From Octopus bimaculoides (lineage: Eukaryota), in contig NC_068995.1 of assembly GCF_001194135.2 (NCBI RefSeq), positions 1,738,674-1,802,673 on the forward strand: a stretch of 64,000 bases of DNA, read 5' to 3'. The notes beneath the pieces were generated by a model, which was given only the letters and a program-made list of their open reading frames with translations, made no database searches and was not told where the DNA came from. This document shows positions 11,065 to 23,679 of the stretch, in pieces; the first letter of the stretch is position 1; every line of letters begins with the position of its first letter. Made by a program: the position numbers and the translations under genes.

Positions 11065-11848
11065 NNNNNNNNNNNNNNNNNNNNNNNNNNNNNNNNNNNN
11101 NNNNNNNNNNNNNNNNNNNNNNNNNNNNNNNNNNNNNNNNNNNNNNNNNNNNNNNNNNNNNNNNNNNNNNNNNNNNNNNNNNNNNNNNNNNNNNNNNNNN
11201 NNNNNNNNNNNNNNNNNNNNNNNNNNNNNNNNNNNNNNNNNNNNNNNNNNNNNNNNNNNNNNNNNNNNNNNNNNNNNNNNNNNNNNNNNNNNNNNNNNNN
11301 NNNNNNNNNNNNNNNNNNNNNNNNNNNNNNNNNNNNNNNNNNNNNNNNNNNNNNNNNNNNNNNNNNNNNNNNNNNNNNNNNNNNNNNNNNNNNNNNNNNN
11401 NNNNNNNNNNNNNNNNNNNNNNNNNNNNNNNNNNNNNNNNNNNNNNNNNNNNNNNNNNNNNNNNNNNNNNNNNNNNNNNNNNNNNNNNNNNNNNNNNNNN
11501 NNNNNNNNNNNNNNNNNNNNNNNNNNNNNNNNAATCCTCAAACGCAGGATAATGATAATAATATAGCCTGAACAGGATGAGCTACCCCTATTTTGTAGAA
11601 AAAAGTGTAGGCGGCCAATTTTTCCTCTGATTAGTTCGAGTATAAAAATGTAAATAACTTCAGCCTAAATGGTAATTAAATTCCTATCTAGCTATACAAA
11701 GGGACACGTGCGAACACCTTCAGACACGCACAAATACGCCCTCGAAATCCAATGACCAATATACAGGTCAATAGTCTATGATTCATCTCTTATCTCTTAG
11801 ACTATCGGAATGACATTATAAACGTTTATGCATTAAAGGACGCGCGCG

Positions 11849-11888
<40 letters not shown>

Positions 11889-11971
11889 TTCGTTCATGGT
11901 TATGAAATGAAGGAGATTGGATGTTAAAAAGGATTATAGTTTATTTTTCATATTCCCATACAATTGTTTCA

Positions 11972-12448
11972 TACAAATGGGTCCAGATATTTATAAACAG
12001 GTGTACAGGTGGAAATGCAGGTCTTCCTGCAAACTACGCCTTACCGATCAGTTACCGACGCCAAGTTCAGTGGGATGCCTCCAAGCATTTCCCGGGGTCC
12101 GTACCGTTCATGGCGCCCCCACCGCTCTCCTATTCATTAGTGTAGCTCGTGTACGGAGTGCATTCACCCAACGTAAGATTGTGTTACGGGTGCGAACACC
12201 CTGGTTTCGGTGAATGCTGAAATGACGCCAAAACTCACGCTGAACTGCTGTGACAGACTCGTTATTCTTCACGTAACTGTTGTAGGCAAACACGTGATGC
12301 TCTATCGTCAAACAGCGTCATGGCTTCAACTGAAAAATAATAAATAAATGCTAAGACACCACGGACCGAATGTCAGACATATGTCCCTTCCCCTGGGGCT
12401 GAGTAATAGCCATTACAAAACCGTCCGTCCTCTCTAACCCACCCTGTA
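11972..12448 (-). mobile_element. Internally deleted Tc1/mariner-superfamily element (DUF4817 HTH N-terminus)
   Basis: ORF 12108-12311 TIEHHVFAYNSYVKNNESVTAVQREFWRHF...TRNTILRWVN matches the DUF4817-type transposase N-terminus, and continues as frameshifted RTVRTP...SVRR.LQEDLHF. Ends read TA-CAGGGTGGG (12448 side) and degenerate TA-CAAATGGGTCC (11972 side). Confidence 0.8.
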
Positions 12449-13816
12449 CATACAATTAGACGGACATACATGCAAACATACATACATACATACATACATG
12501 CANNNNNNNNNNNNNNNNNNNNNNNNNNNNNNNNNNNNNNNNNNNNNNNNNNNNNNNNNNNNNNNNNNNNNNNNNNNNNNNNNNNNNNNNNNNNNNNNNN
12601 NNNNNNNNNNNNNNNNNNNNNNNNNNNNNNNNNNNNNNNNNNNNNNNNNNNNNNNNNNNNNNNNNNNNNNNNNNNNNNNNNNNNNNNNNNNNNNNNNNNN
12701 NNNNNNNNNNNNNNNNNNNNNNNNNNNNNNNNNNNNNNNNNNNNNNNNNNNNNNNNNNNNNNNNNNNNNNNNNNNNNNNNNNNNNNNNNNNNNNNNNNNN
12801 NNNNNNNNNNNNNNNNNNNNNNNTATATATATCGAGAGAGACAGAGAGAGAGAGAGAGAGAAAGAGGGAAGAGAGAAAGAGAGAGTGAGAGAAACAGACA
12901 GCCATAAGCAAACCAATCGAGGGACCTTCTGATGAAAACTACGCCCGTGTTGCATGGTTGTAACTCTATTATGTTCATTTTGATACAATTCTAGAATTGG
13001 AACAGCTGGAAACGAATGAAGATCTAAACGGGGAATAATTTAAAAATTGAATTGTAGCAAAAATGTATCAGGACGTTTCAGCAATCTCTGAAACAAATTC
13101 ACTTCGAGAATTCCGATGCAAACCGACACAAATGAATGGGTGAACAAACTAGCTTTTAGACATCAAAATGGTTAACGTAGGTGGAGGGTGGGTGTCCATC
13201 AGAATGAAATAGTAATCAAAAGGTTCGATAGATTAAAAACATGGTCGACAACCAAAATGAACAGCATGCGTGGGGCACATATATTTGAAGTACTTCCTAA
13301 AAAGACTTTGTTTCGTTAAAATAGCCGTCTATGTACCGAACATAGGACATTAATACACCGTCGACAGACAGGTTACAGCGACGTTCATCCTGAGATAAAA
13401 TCGCTTGTGGACATTTTGTGTCTAAAAAACACTAATTTTACAGTAAAGAGAGAGGGAGAAAGTTCCGGGAACGCTGGGCGAATTACTCTGTTATCAATTA
13501 TTTTAATTCTACAATTTCTGACAAGTTCTGCAGCTTCTTTAGCGTTAATTAGTATTTGACGTAGCTGCAGTGTACGCTAAGGATGTCTGTATTACCCGGT
13601 GGCATTAATCCTTTCCATGTTTCCACCTGTCAGGTGCAGCAGAAGAAAACATGAGGTAAGGGAGGTAATCAGATATAATAAGGGAGATATTTATTTTTAA
13701 CGCAAATTAATGGGCAGAAGTTATCTCCCTTCCGTTATTGTTTCGAATCACCACAAGTTCCTATCTTCAATCGATTGCCGGTAGAGGGATTCAGGTGGAA
13801 GAAGGTTGATTTTATA

Positions 13817-13850
<34 letters not shown>

Positions 13851-15176
13851 CACGTAGTCGTCTTGCAATGATGATGAAAACCTCCGTCGGTTTCGAGGGG
13901 GAGCATTCTGTGGCTCTATCAATAAAGCTAAATCAATGTGCTTACATGATTGGGTATTTCACCAACACGAGTACCTTTAGCATAAGTGGCTGAGTATTCC
14001 ACTGACACTTGTTATTTTTTGCATAATTCTCACTTTAAATCAGCGAGGCACAATACGTAAACAAAGCTGAATCTTATTAATTTCAAGTACAACCAAAGGA
14101 TGCGTTTTCACAGACTTCGGCCGACCAAGTCAGCAGATGTTGGGAAAATAAACGCTTCCCCCCCCCCCCCATGATGGCTAAACGAACGTCTTCACCATTC
14201 GGTCACACCTGCTGTGTATAACGGTCACTAGAGCAGGGTGTGGTCAATCGGTCATTTAGTCGATGTGTAGAATAGTGACCATTACACCGAAGCGTTTACG
14301 GTGAGTATCAGATCGAGATATGGTAGACCCAGTGAAGTGTAGTCAGGTGGGTCATTAGACCTACATGAAACGTGGTGGTCATTAAAGCTAGATGCATTAT
14401 CGTGGTCACTGCACCGAAGTATTGTAGAGATATGTTGTCGCTATTATTAAGTGATGCGGTCATTAAACCAAATCGACGATCCGATTGAGTATTAAGGACT
14501 TGTAAGTTTAAGCAGGTCCGGGGACTTATGTCCCAACTACTTTTTCTCATATAAATGTTTCAAGCTTGATTTTCACTGCTACACAATATAGCGTGTTGGG
14601 GCCTACACTGAACCCCACGTCAATCCTAGTCGGCCAAACCAATTCCAGTCGAGACTATCCGCTCTTTTTTCCCATTTGAACAGAACACACTATTTCATTA
14701 TCCAATGTGTCCCGTTTTAAGAGGGTGTGAGTTGAGGAAAAATTCGTTGTTATTTCTAGTCAGTCAGGGTTTTCTTGCTGGTTTGCTGACCTCGTGGTGG
14801 CAAAGTACGATGCAGTGGCCCTCAGCGGTGTTGGTCTCATGGTAGCAAAGACTTGGTGGCCCTCAGCAGTGCTGCCCTTCCCGAGACCTAGTGGTGAGTT
14901 CAACTCTACAAGTTTCTTAGTGACCCAAACAGCATTATAACACCGTGACCACTGACATACGTTACACAGCATTTGTAAATTGTTGTTGTTGTTGTTGTTG
15001 TTAAGCACCAGGTCGGTTCTGGGCGAGTCATCTTATAATTAAAAGCACCTTCGTTGTTAATAAACCATATTCCAAATTTATTTATCATAGCTCTTTGAGA
15101 ATACACATTAAAGATATATATTTTTTCTATCCGATGAAGGGCCTAGTTTTTTATTTTTGTTCTTTTTTAATATAGG

Positions 15177-15462
15177 TCTTATTCCGTCAGGATATACAAA
15201 CCTTTCCAAAATTTACGATGCCAAGATCACGGCACCACGTGATCAAACTTCCAAACCATATTTTACAAGGTATGTCCATGGATCCCGACGAAAAGATGAA
15301 GGGACGAAGACTCCTCTTAAAAAATTTCTCACTTTTTCTTCAAAATCTTTTTGAAATATCTGCCCGTCAGATATCCACGGGCCCTTCCTTGGTTTTCCTT
15401 GACCCAAACCCCTTGTCGTTGCCCCGTCTAAATTCCTTTGTTTTTGGCCCTACCCTCACGGG
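15177..15462 (-). pseudogene. Decayed non-LTR (L1/Tx1-like) reverse transcriptase fragment
   Basis: Minus-strand peptides KTKEGP../DG..FQKDF...FLRGVFVPSSFRRDPWTYLVKYG...ILAS*ILERFVYPD resemble the RT N-terminal motifs K.PGPDG..EFY, P.S.RRG.ITLI.K.G and KILAK.L..RL..I.PDQ. Stops and a frameshift present. Confidence 0.4.
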
Positions 15463-16717
15463 AAATGGGCTTATTTCAAAACAGCATAACCGATGCGCAC
15501 CACCATCAGCCGTGTCAAATATTTCGTGTTCGTGTTTACAGTGTTTATAATTTTGCCGAGTTATAAAGGTACAACCCGGATATGAGAGTCACTTCCCTGT
15601 CAGAGCTGATTGTTCGGCCAGAAATCGTCAATGATTACACGAAAATCAACATGGCGAGTCCGAAATAATAAGAAAACGACAAACACAACAGAAAGCATAA
15701 AATAACTTTTATGTTTGACTGTATAAAAGTTTATGGTTGTTGGATGGTTATTATTATAAGAAGGACCAGATTGTCTGGCAACTGATAACTTTGGCAACAT
15801 CAACACTGAACCACCTTCTTCCGGTAAGGACGAATTTAGGCATTTTTTATTTTATTTTATTTTATTTTGTTGCAGTCGTCGTCATCGTATTTGTTGATTA
15901 GCTTCGGATCAACTTTGTTCCAACAAACCTCTATAATCAAAGACATTCCGCTCGTGACCGTCACGTCTTTTATTTTTTGAAGACACATTGTTTTAAGGAA
16001 CTACTTTTCCCAAACTGCTCTTTTTTATAAGTATATTTTTATTAACATAGTTATTTGAGAAGCCGAACGAAGTGTAACCGGAGTGAGATTTGGCTGTTAT
16101 TTCTAGCAGTTCACAGCCAACAGGTGGAGCCCCTGTGGATGTCGTCGCTATCGTTGAAATCATTGTTGTTGTTCTTTAACCCCAGGCCAGTCGTCACGAT
16201 TCCAGGACAATGATCAAAATCAAAAACTAGTCCTACCCTCATTCCGTATATTAAAAATTAGACCAACCAGTATATCCCCCACCACCACCACCACCACTCC
16301 ACACACACACACCATTTAATTTTCTTAATAGATGCAAAAGATGAGATTTGACATTTATTTGGCTGCTATTTCTAGTAGTCCTAGTGAACATNNNNNNNNN
16401 NNNNNNNNNNNNNNNNNNNNNNNNNNNNNNNNNNNNNNNNNNNNNNNNNNNNNNNNNNNNNNNNNNNNNNNNNNNNNNNNNNNNNNNNNNNNNNNNNNNN
16501 NNNNNNNNNNNNNNNNNNNNNNNNNNNNNNNNNNNNNNNNNNNNNNNNNNNNNNNNNNNNNNNNNNNNNNNNNNNNNNNNNNNNNNNNNNNNNNNNNNNN
16601 NNNNNNNNNNNNAGGTATGTCGACCTCCCGGCAACACGATCAGGGTGGAATGAGGGTGCGGAGGAGTCGGTTGGAGGTGACAATTGTCAACATACTTTCT
16701 CACTCTCATCACCATAC

Positions 16718-16758
<41 letters not shown>

Positions 16759-16869
16759 CGTGTATGTGTGTGTGAGTGCTTGTAAGTACATATATGTATT
16801 TATTTATGCGCGTTTGTATGTGTATATGCATGTTTTGTATATAGGTATGGTTGTGTGTGTGTATATATG

Positions 16870-16903
<34 letters not shown>

Positions 16904-17397
16904 GTATATATGCGTGTGTGCATGCGCGCATGCATGTGTGTGTGTGTGTGTGGATAGATGGCTGTGTACGTGCATGAAAGCATGTGCGCATGTATCTATT
17001 GTCTATAAGCGAAAGTAGGTCATAGACAAGGGAGATTATATAGACTTGAGCTTTTGAAAGTTATTTCCCTTTAATTGCTGTTGAAATCTTGTGATGAACT
17101 TTCGCTTTTTTTTTTCCTGCGCCATCTGTTAGTATCAGATCTTTTACGCACACCGACCAACTCGCATATGCACATACACACATACTCTCAAATATACGTG
17201 CACACACATACATATACTCGACACGCATAATCAAGCAGGTTCGCCAGAGATTCGTTTGATTTGTGTGTGCGTTCTTGCGCAAGTGCGTGTGTCTGGCTGT
17301 TTGTGGTGAAGTTTATCCCGGCGTAAAAACAAAATCAAAACAAACGATGTTGCTTATAATGTATTTTAGTGTCCAGCCACTTAACAAACATGAGATG

Positions 17398-17438
<41 letters not shown>

Positions 17439-18551
17439 AGGGAGAGAGAAAGAGAGAGAGAGAGAGGTGAGGAAGGGATCGATAAATTAAGTAAAAAGTA
17501 AAGGTTTTGGGTGTTGTACACCTAACCCTTTGAGATAGACCAGGAGTTCATTGCTGTCAACGATGCAGACTGGAGCCACGTGACTTGTCCAAGAAAACAA
17601 GAACACAATTTGTGTATGGAGTGGGGATTGAACACGTGATCTTATTATCAAGAGCAAAGTGGTATAAACACGTGAAACAAATGCGCCAGTCAATATGATC
17701 ACCCAATTTTGTGCTTCCAAATCTAGGATTTGTGGAACCCTGGGGACCTAGAAAGATACTGCTGGGGTTGTGCCAGTCCTGCCACCCCCACCTCGCAGAC
17801 CCACACACACGTGTCTTGGGGCTGAATACTAATCTCCCTACAAATGTGGTTGTACACTTAGAGACCCAGGGCATCGATTTTGTTATTTTGGGTGGGAGCA
17901 AACAATGCTGTTGAGGCAGCCCTATAGTGGTCCCCTGTCAATGAGGTCAAAATTTGTTGAGATGTGTGACCTTTCAAAAGTCAAGGGTCAGTGAGAAAGA
18001 ATTCTTCAAAATCGTATGGGCCTTTCATAATGAAAAGGTTGAGAACATGGCAGTAAGCATTTGAATGTGGTGTTTCAATTTGGCCAGGACCCAATTGCAC
18101 ACACACACACACATATATATGTGTGTGTGTGTGAATATATATTTATTTCTATACAAATATACCTTTTGACTTACATTGTATGTCATTAATATTGCTTTCA
18201 CATAGACTCGTTAAGTGATTATTATGGTAATTATCATTAATTCATAAATATTTTCAATGTAATGCTTAGATTATAGCCTTTCCTCACACCTTCACAACAT
18301 CCTAAAAGAATCACTAAATATGAAAGCTTATATTCTTCATAGAATTTGAACAGCAATTATTAACACATAATAAATGTTTTGTTTTATATATGTTTTTTTT
18401 TTAATATATATGTTTCTTTTTTATGTGTTTATCTATAAAGACTGGAATTTACAGCTTTAGTCTTTATGACCGGGAGTTAGTAAATGACCTTTGCACCCTC
18501 ATAAAAATATTTGTTATATTATTTCATAGGATCAATAATAATAATAATCAC

Positions 18552-18589
<38 letters not shown>

Positions 18590-19024
18590 GTGCCATCATC
18601 GTCATTGTTGTCATTGTCGTCATCATCATCACCATCGTCTTTGTCATCGTCGTCGTCATCGCCATCACTTACATGCACACACCACCATTTCCTCTTCCTC
18701 TTTGGGTCAAATGGAATTCCTTGGAGCAAATTTTCTGCAGTTTGATGCTCTTCCTGTTGCCTACCCTTCCCTGTTTCTAAACAATGTAACATGCCTGAAA
18801 CAAGCGAAAGTTGGTGACAGGAAAGGCATCCGGGTATAGAAAATCTGCATCAGTAAACTTCATCAGAGCCAGGCAAATATGGAAAAATGGACGTTGAAGA
18901 AATGATGATGATGATGATGAAGGCGATTTTATATTTACCTACCTATGCAAACATATATACACGTGCACACACACACACACACATATACACACATGTACAC
19001 ATGCACATAAAAATATATATCTCT

Positions 19025-19140
19025 TTTATTCTTTTACTTGTTTCAGTCATTTGACTGTGGCCATGCTGGGGCACCACCTTGAGGAATTCTATTCGAAAAC
19101 TTGGTACTCATTCTGTCGGTCTCTTTTGCTGAACTACTTA
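19025..19140 (-). mobile_element. SINE family F 3' part
   Basis: TTTTACTTGTTTCAGTCATTTGACTGTGGCCATGCTGGGGCACC recurs at 23268-23470 and 41200-41345. Confidence 0.65.
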
Positions 19141-20304
19141 GTTACACACACACAACACACGTGCGCTCACACATACACACACACACACAGACAAACATAT
19201 ATCTTACATGCTTCCATACAGTTTCAATCAATTGGTCAATCTCAAAGTTGCAAAAGAAGACCCTTGTCTAAGTTAGCTCCGAGAGAGATTGAACCTGAAG
19301 CCACTTGGTTGGCAAGCCACCTTCCCAGTCATTTCTGAGAGAACATCACTTGTTTAAAGAAGTACAGAACATGTTTGAAGGCAGAACTCTAAAAGACTTC
19401 CGGTTTTTTTTTCACTACAAAATTTCTTTCGAAATATACTATTTTTGGTTTAGTTAGTCTTGAAAATTATAATGAAATTAGTAAAATAAACTTTACCATT
19501 ATTAAGCTGGGCTTTGGAACATAAATAAACAGGAACTTGCATTGGAAACTTTATAATTGAGGTCACTTTATAACAGGAAGTCTTTATCCAAAAAACCAGG
19601 AGGGGTTGGCATGGAAAGAGTAAAAATGGACTCTTGTTAGTTTGAAAGAAACCTCATCTGTTTTACGTTGAATATTTTATATCTGAAGGAAGTGTGAGTT
19701 CTAGTAAGAAAGAAGTTCAGTTCTCAAGTGAAGCTGGAAGCAGATGCTGCTATGTCTATGAGTTGGAAGCATGTGTGTTCTTCTGGTTGGATATTAAGCA
19801 TTATTTGGTTCCAACCTCATCTTAATTCCAACCAGCATCGAAGATAAAAAGCAACCCTGACAGTTGCAGACTTGATGCTTCAGCCAACGAAACAATGAAT
19901 AACAGATGCCGGTTTCTAGATAAAGGGAAGTGGTTGGCCAAACCTGTCTAGAGATAACGGAATATCTTCTGGTGCAAGATAAGGATTCTTCAAGTTGTTT
20001 TTGGTAAGGCAAATATTCCTCGCTAAACCTTGTTGCTGTGGTTTTTGTTTTTGTTGTTTTAGTTCTAAGTCATTTCTAATTAAACAGATTTATCCTTAGA
20101 AGTGTTCCAGCCATGACTATCGCATCTGTTCCTGCAAACACCATTTTAAACACAGTGGTCACTCACAAATAAAGACCTGGAAGTATGTGCCAAACTTTTG
20201 TCTTTCAAATCTTTGGTACACGTAAGCATCTTCTCCGCAGTCCCTCACTTTTAATATAGCCTCCATTTGTGTCATCCTGGATGACACAAACAGGGGCTGA
20301 GATA

Positions 20305-20468
20305 AGGGGCTGCACCAGCATAAGGCTGGGGCTAGTACAGTGGAATTGAGCAACATGAAATGGTGTACTTTGTTCATGGATACAATGACTGCTTGGTCCG
20401 GGAAGTGAACTCAAGATCTTATGATCATGATGCCAGTACCTTAACCACTAAGCCACTCGCGTTCACCA
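20305..20468 (-). mobile_element. CORE-like SINE family B
   Basis: Reverse complement: GAGTGGCTTAGTGGTTAAGG...CATGATCATAAGATCTTGAGTTCACTTCC; homologous to the 35609 copy. Confidence 0.65.
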
Positions 20469-20697
20469 ATTGCACAGACTTTATTATTCGATGCCATCAA
20501 AGATTCCATCTATTTTAAAGATGGTTCCTTGTGATCTAATTTAGCTGCTATTTCTATTTGGCTGACTAACCACATAAATGTCCCCTGATCTTGACTTGGG
20601 GTCATGCCTTGATTTTAATCATTAGTTTCACATTGACCCCACATGCTGCTATATACACACACGTACGCACACACACCTATGCATGTGTATATAACAA

Positions 20698-20755
<58 letters not shown>

Positions 20756-21248
20756 ATGTTTATCAAAAATGATCATCCTGAAATACAACAATATATATGC
20801 GTGTGTGTGTGTAATATATATATATATATATAAATATACATATATAATATATATATATATAAATATATGTACATACATATATATACATACATATATTTAC
20901 ATATATTTGTACATGTATACACACACACACACACACTGATTTCTAGATTGTGTGATTGATTCCTCGACTTGATTGATTTAAATATCGAATTATTGACACA
21001 CGTTGATAGAATGAGTTATTGATTCCATGATTGACCTATTGGTTGATCTATTGAACTTTTATTGATTCATAGATTCTATTATTGATTTACATAATAGATT
21101 ATTGATTCCCTTTGCTGATTCAACTGAAACACCTTTGATCATAGTTCACCTTTAATTAGAGCTTACCTGGTGAAGGGGGGGGGTGTCGCAAAAAGAACAA
21201 CCACAACATATTATAATATATCATCTTTACAATATGTTGATAATATAG

Positions 21249-21283
<35 letters not shown>

Positions 21284-21296
21284 GATTATTACACCA

Positions 21297-21520
21297 TTTC
21301 GAGCGTGGCCGCTGCCAGTACCGTCGGACTGGCCCTCGTGCCGGTGGCACGTAAAAGTACTCACTACACTCTCGGAGTGGTTGGCGTTAGGAAGGGCATC
21401 CAGCTGTAGAAACTCTGCCAAATCAGATTGGAGCCTGGTGTAGCCATCTGGCTCACCAGTCCTCAGTCAAATCATCCAACCCATGGCAGCATGGAAAGCG
21501 GACGTTAAACGATGATGATG
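21297..21520 (+). mobile_element. Family E element (RTE LINE 3'-UTR-derived or RTE-mobilised SINE), young copy with (GAT)n tail
   Basis: GTGCCGGTGGCACGTAAAAG...GGAGTGGTTGGCGTTAGGAAGGGCATCCAGCTGTAGAAACTCTGCC...GCATGGAAAGCGGACGTTAAACGATGATG; CpGs intact. Other copies at about 18745, 38140, 58460 and 61268. Confidence 0.75.
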
Positions 21521-21523
21521 ATA

Positions 21524-21556
<33 letters not shown>

Positions 21557-21612
21557 ACACATTGATAAGATCATATCAATATTCGGTGCCTTGGGCAAAA
21601 ATCTTCTCTGAA

Positions 21613-21824
21613 GGGGTGCTGAAAAGTTCCTGGCCTTGGGTAGAAGAAAATACAGGAGGATCAGTTAATTATGATTTTATTCCATGATATTCTCCTCTCA
21701 GATTCACACACTTATTGCAGCAGTTCTTCACTTTTCCTAAGTCTTGTATAAAGAACTCAGAAGGTTGGGCCTCCAGCCAGGCCTTTCGTGTTACCCTTAA
21801 AGCCAGGAGCTTTTCAGCCACCCC
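21613..21824. mobile_element. Mariner-derived MITE with ~22-bp TIRs
   Basis: Left GGGGTGCTGAAAAGTTCCTGGC (21613-21634); right GCCAGGAGCTTTTCAGCCACCCC (21802-21824) followed by ATATA. Further copies at 44787-44954 and 60229-60366. Confidence 0.75.
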
Positions 21825-22231
21825 ATATATATATATTTGCACAATGATGCCAATGAGAGGAAAGCCCAGAAACAGTAAGCATTCTCTCCTGCTGACCCCA
21901 TAAGCTTTGCTAGCATCCAGTATGTGGGACTTTCAACTGGTAACACGTGCATCTGCAAGTTGTTTGCAAAAAATCTATACACACACATATATATATACCA
22001 AACACACAAACAAGAGAAATAATCCCGAGTGACCACTGGCATGACTTATTTGGTCAACTCAAGAGAGATGAAGAAAGTTATACTAAATACCATACAAAAT
22101 AAATTTCTCTCTCCCCTTCCTCTCCCTCTCTTTCTCCTTATCCCATCACTCACATAACAAATATATTTTTAGTCTTATGTTCCATATACAAAACCTGTTG
22201 ACACTAATTTACTTATCTGCCTATCTCTCTA

Positions 22232-22263
<32 letters not shown>

Positions 22264-22458
22264 CCTGTCTCACCACCACCACCACCACCGGCAGACACAA
22301 CACACATATTATAATATATTTTTAGTCAACTTTCTTATGCTCTATATATTAAATCCAGGATGAAACACCAAGTTAAAAATATTTCTACCTGACTAATCAA
22401 ATATTTCTGACATGACAAGCTACAACAACAACAACAACAACCATTATTATTATTATTA

Positions 22459-22502
<44 letters not shown>

Positions 22503-23267
22503 GGCAGAAGTGTTGGCGTGTCAGATGAGATGTCTCACAACATTTCTTCTGACTCTTTATGTCCTGGGTTCAAACGTCACTGAAGTTGACTTTATCTTTC
22601 GTCCTTTTGAGGTTGAGAAAAATAGGGACCAGTCAAGCAGTGGGTTCGATATAATCATTTGTCCCCCTTTCCACAGAATTCCAGGTCCTGTGCCTATAAC
22701 AGAAATGAGTTTTATTGTTATTACTTTTTGTACACAGCAAATCTTCCAGCTTTTTGGGGTTTTTTAAGTTTTGTTTTTTGGGGGGTGGGGGTGAGAGGGG
22801 TTTACATAATCTTGGAGATGAAACCAAAAATACTTAGCAAAGTTGGCAGAGAAATTTAAAAAAAACAAAACTGGTTTAATCCTTTTGATAACGCTCTTTC
22901 AGTGACTGTTTTTCAGCAGCAGTACCTTCATCATCATCATCAACAACCACAGCGACAGCATCATCATCGTCATCATCATCATCATCACACCAGCAGCGTT
23001 TTAATGTCCCCCAACGCCAGACAAGTTTTGACTGTTTCTGTGACAGTAATGTTTGCTTTGCAACTCATGTGTGATGTCAAGACAAGGAGACAGAGACACA
23101 TACATACACGCACGCACGCACGTACACATGCACACATCCATGCATATGCACATACACATGCATATACATATATATATATATATGCATACAAACATACACA
23201 CATGTGCACACACACAGATATATACACCCACCACGGGTCTCTTTCCATTTGCTTTTACAAAATCCAT

Positions 23268-23470
23268 TTATTCTTCTACTTGTTTCAGTCATTTGACTGT
23301 GGCCATGCTAGAGCACTGCCTTTAGTCGAACAAATCAACCCCAGGACTTATTCTTTGATAGCCTAGTACTTATTCTATTGGTCTATTTTGTCAAACTGCT
23401 AAGTTATAAGTATGTAAACACACCAACATCAGTTGTCAAGTGATGGTAGGGGAACAAACAGACACACAAA
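23268..23470 (-). mobile_element. SINE family F
   Basis: Shares TTGTTTCAGTCATTTGACTGTGGCCATGCT...CCCAGGACT...AGTACTTATT...CTAAGTTAT with the 19025 and 41200 copies. Confidence 0.7.
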
Positions 23471-23679
23471 TGTATACATACACATGACGGGCTTCTTTCA
23501 GTTTCCGTTTACCAAATCCACTTACAAGTCTTTGGTCAGCCAGTTGGTCAGATCAGCTGCCATAGCTCTATACTTCTGTACACCTTGATTAATATAGCCA
23601 CTCCATCGACAAATATGCAAGTGCATATTTTTCTAACATATGGATTTTTAGAAGACTATATATGCATATGTATATATAT

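Noticed and set aside
11600-11650. CCAAT plus TATAAAA promoter-like pair
   Set aside because: Such motifs are expected by chance in AT-rich DNA, and no downstream exon was identified.
13634-13655. 22-nt micro-exon (CTGTCAG|...GAG|GTAAGG); also a CACCTG/CAGGTG inverted E-box pair
   Set aside because: Too short to distinguish from chance, with no supporting context.
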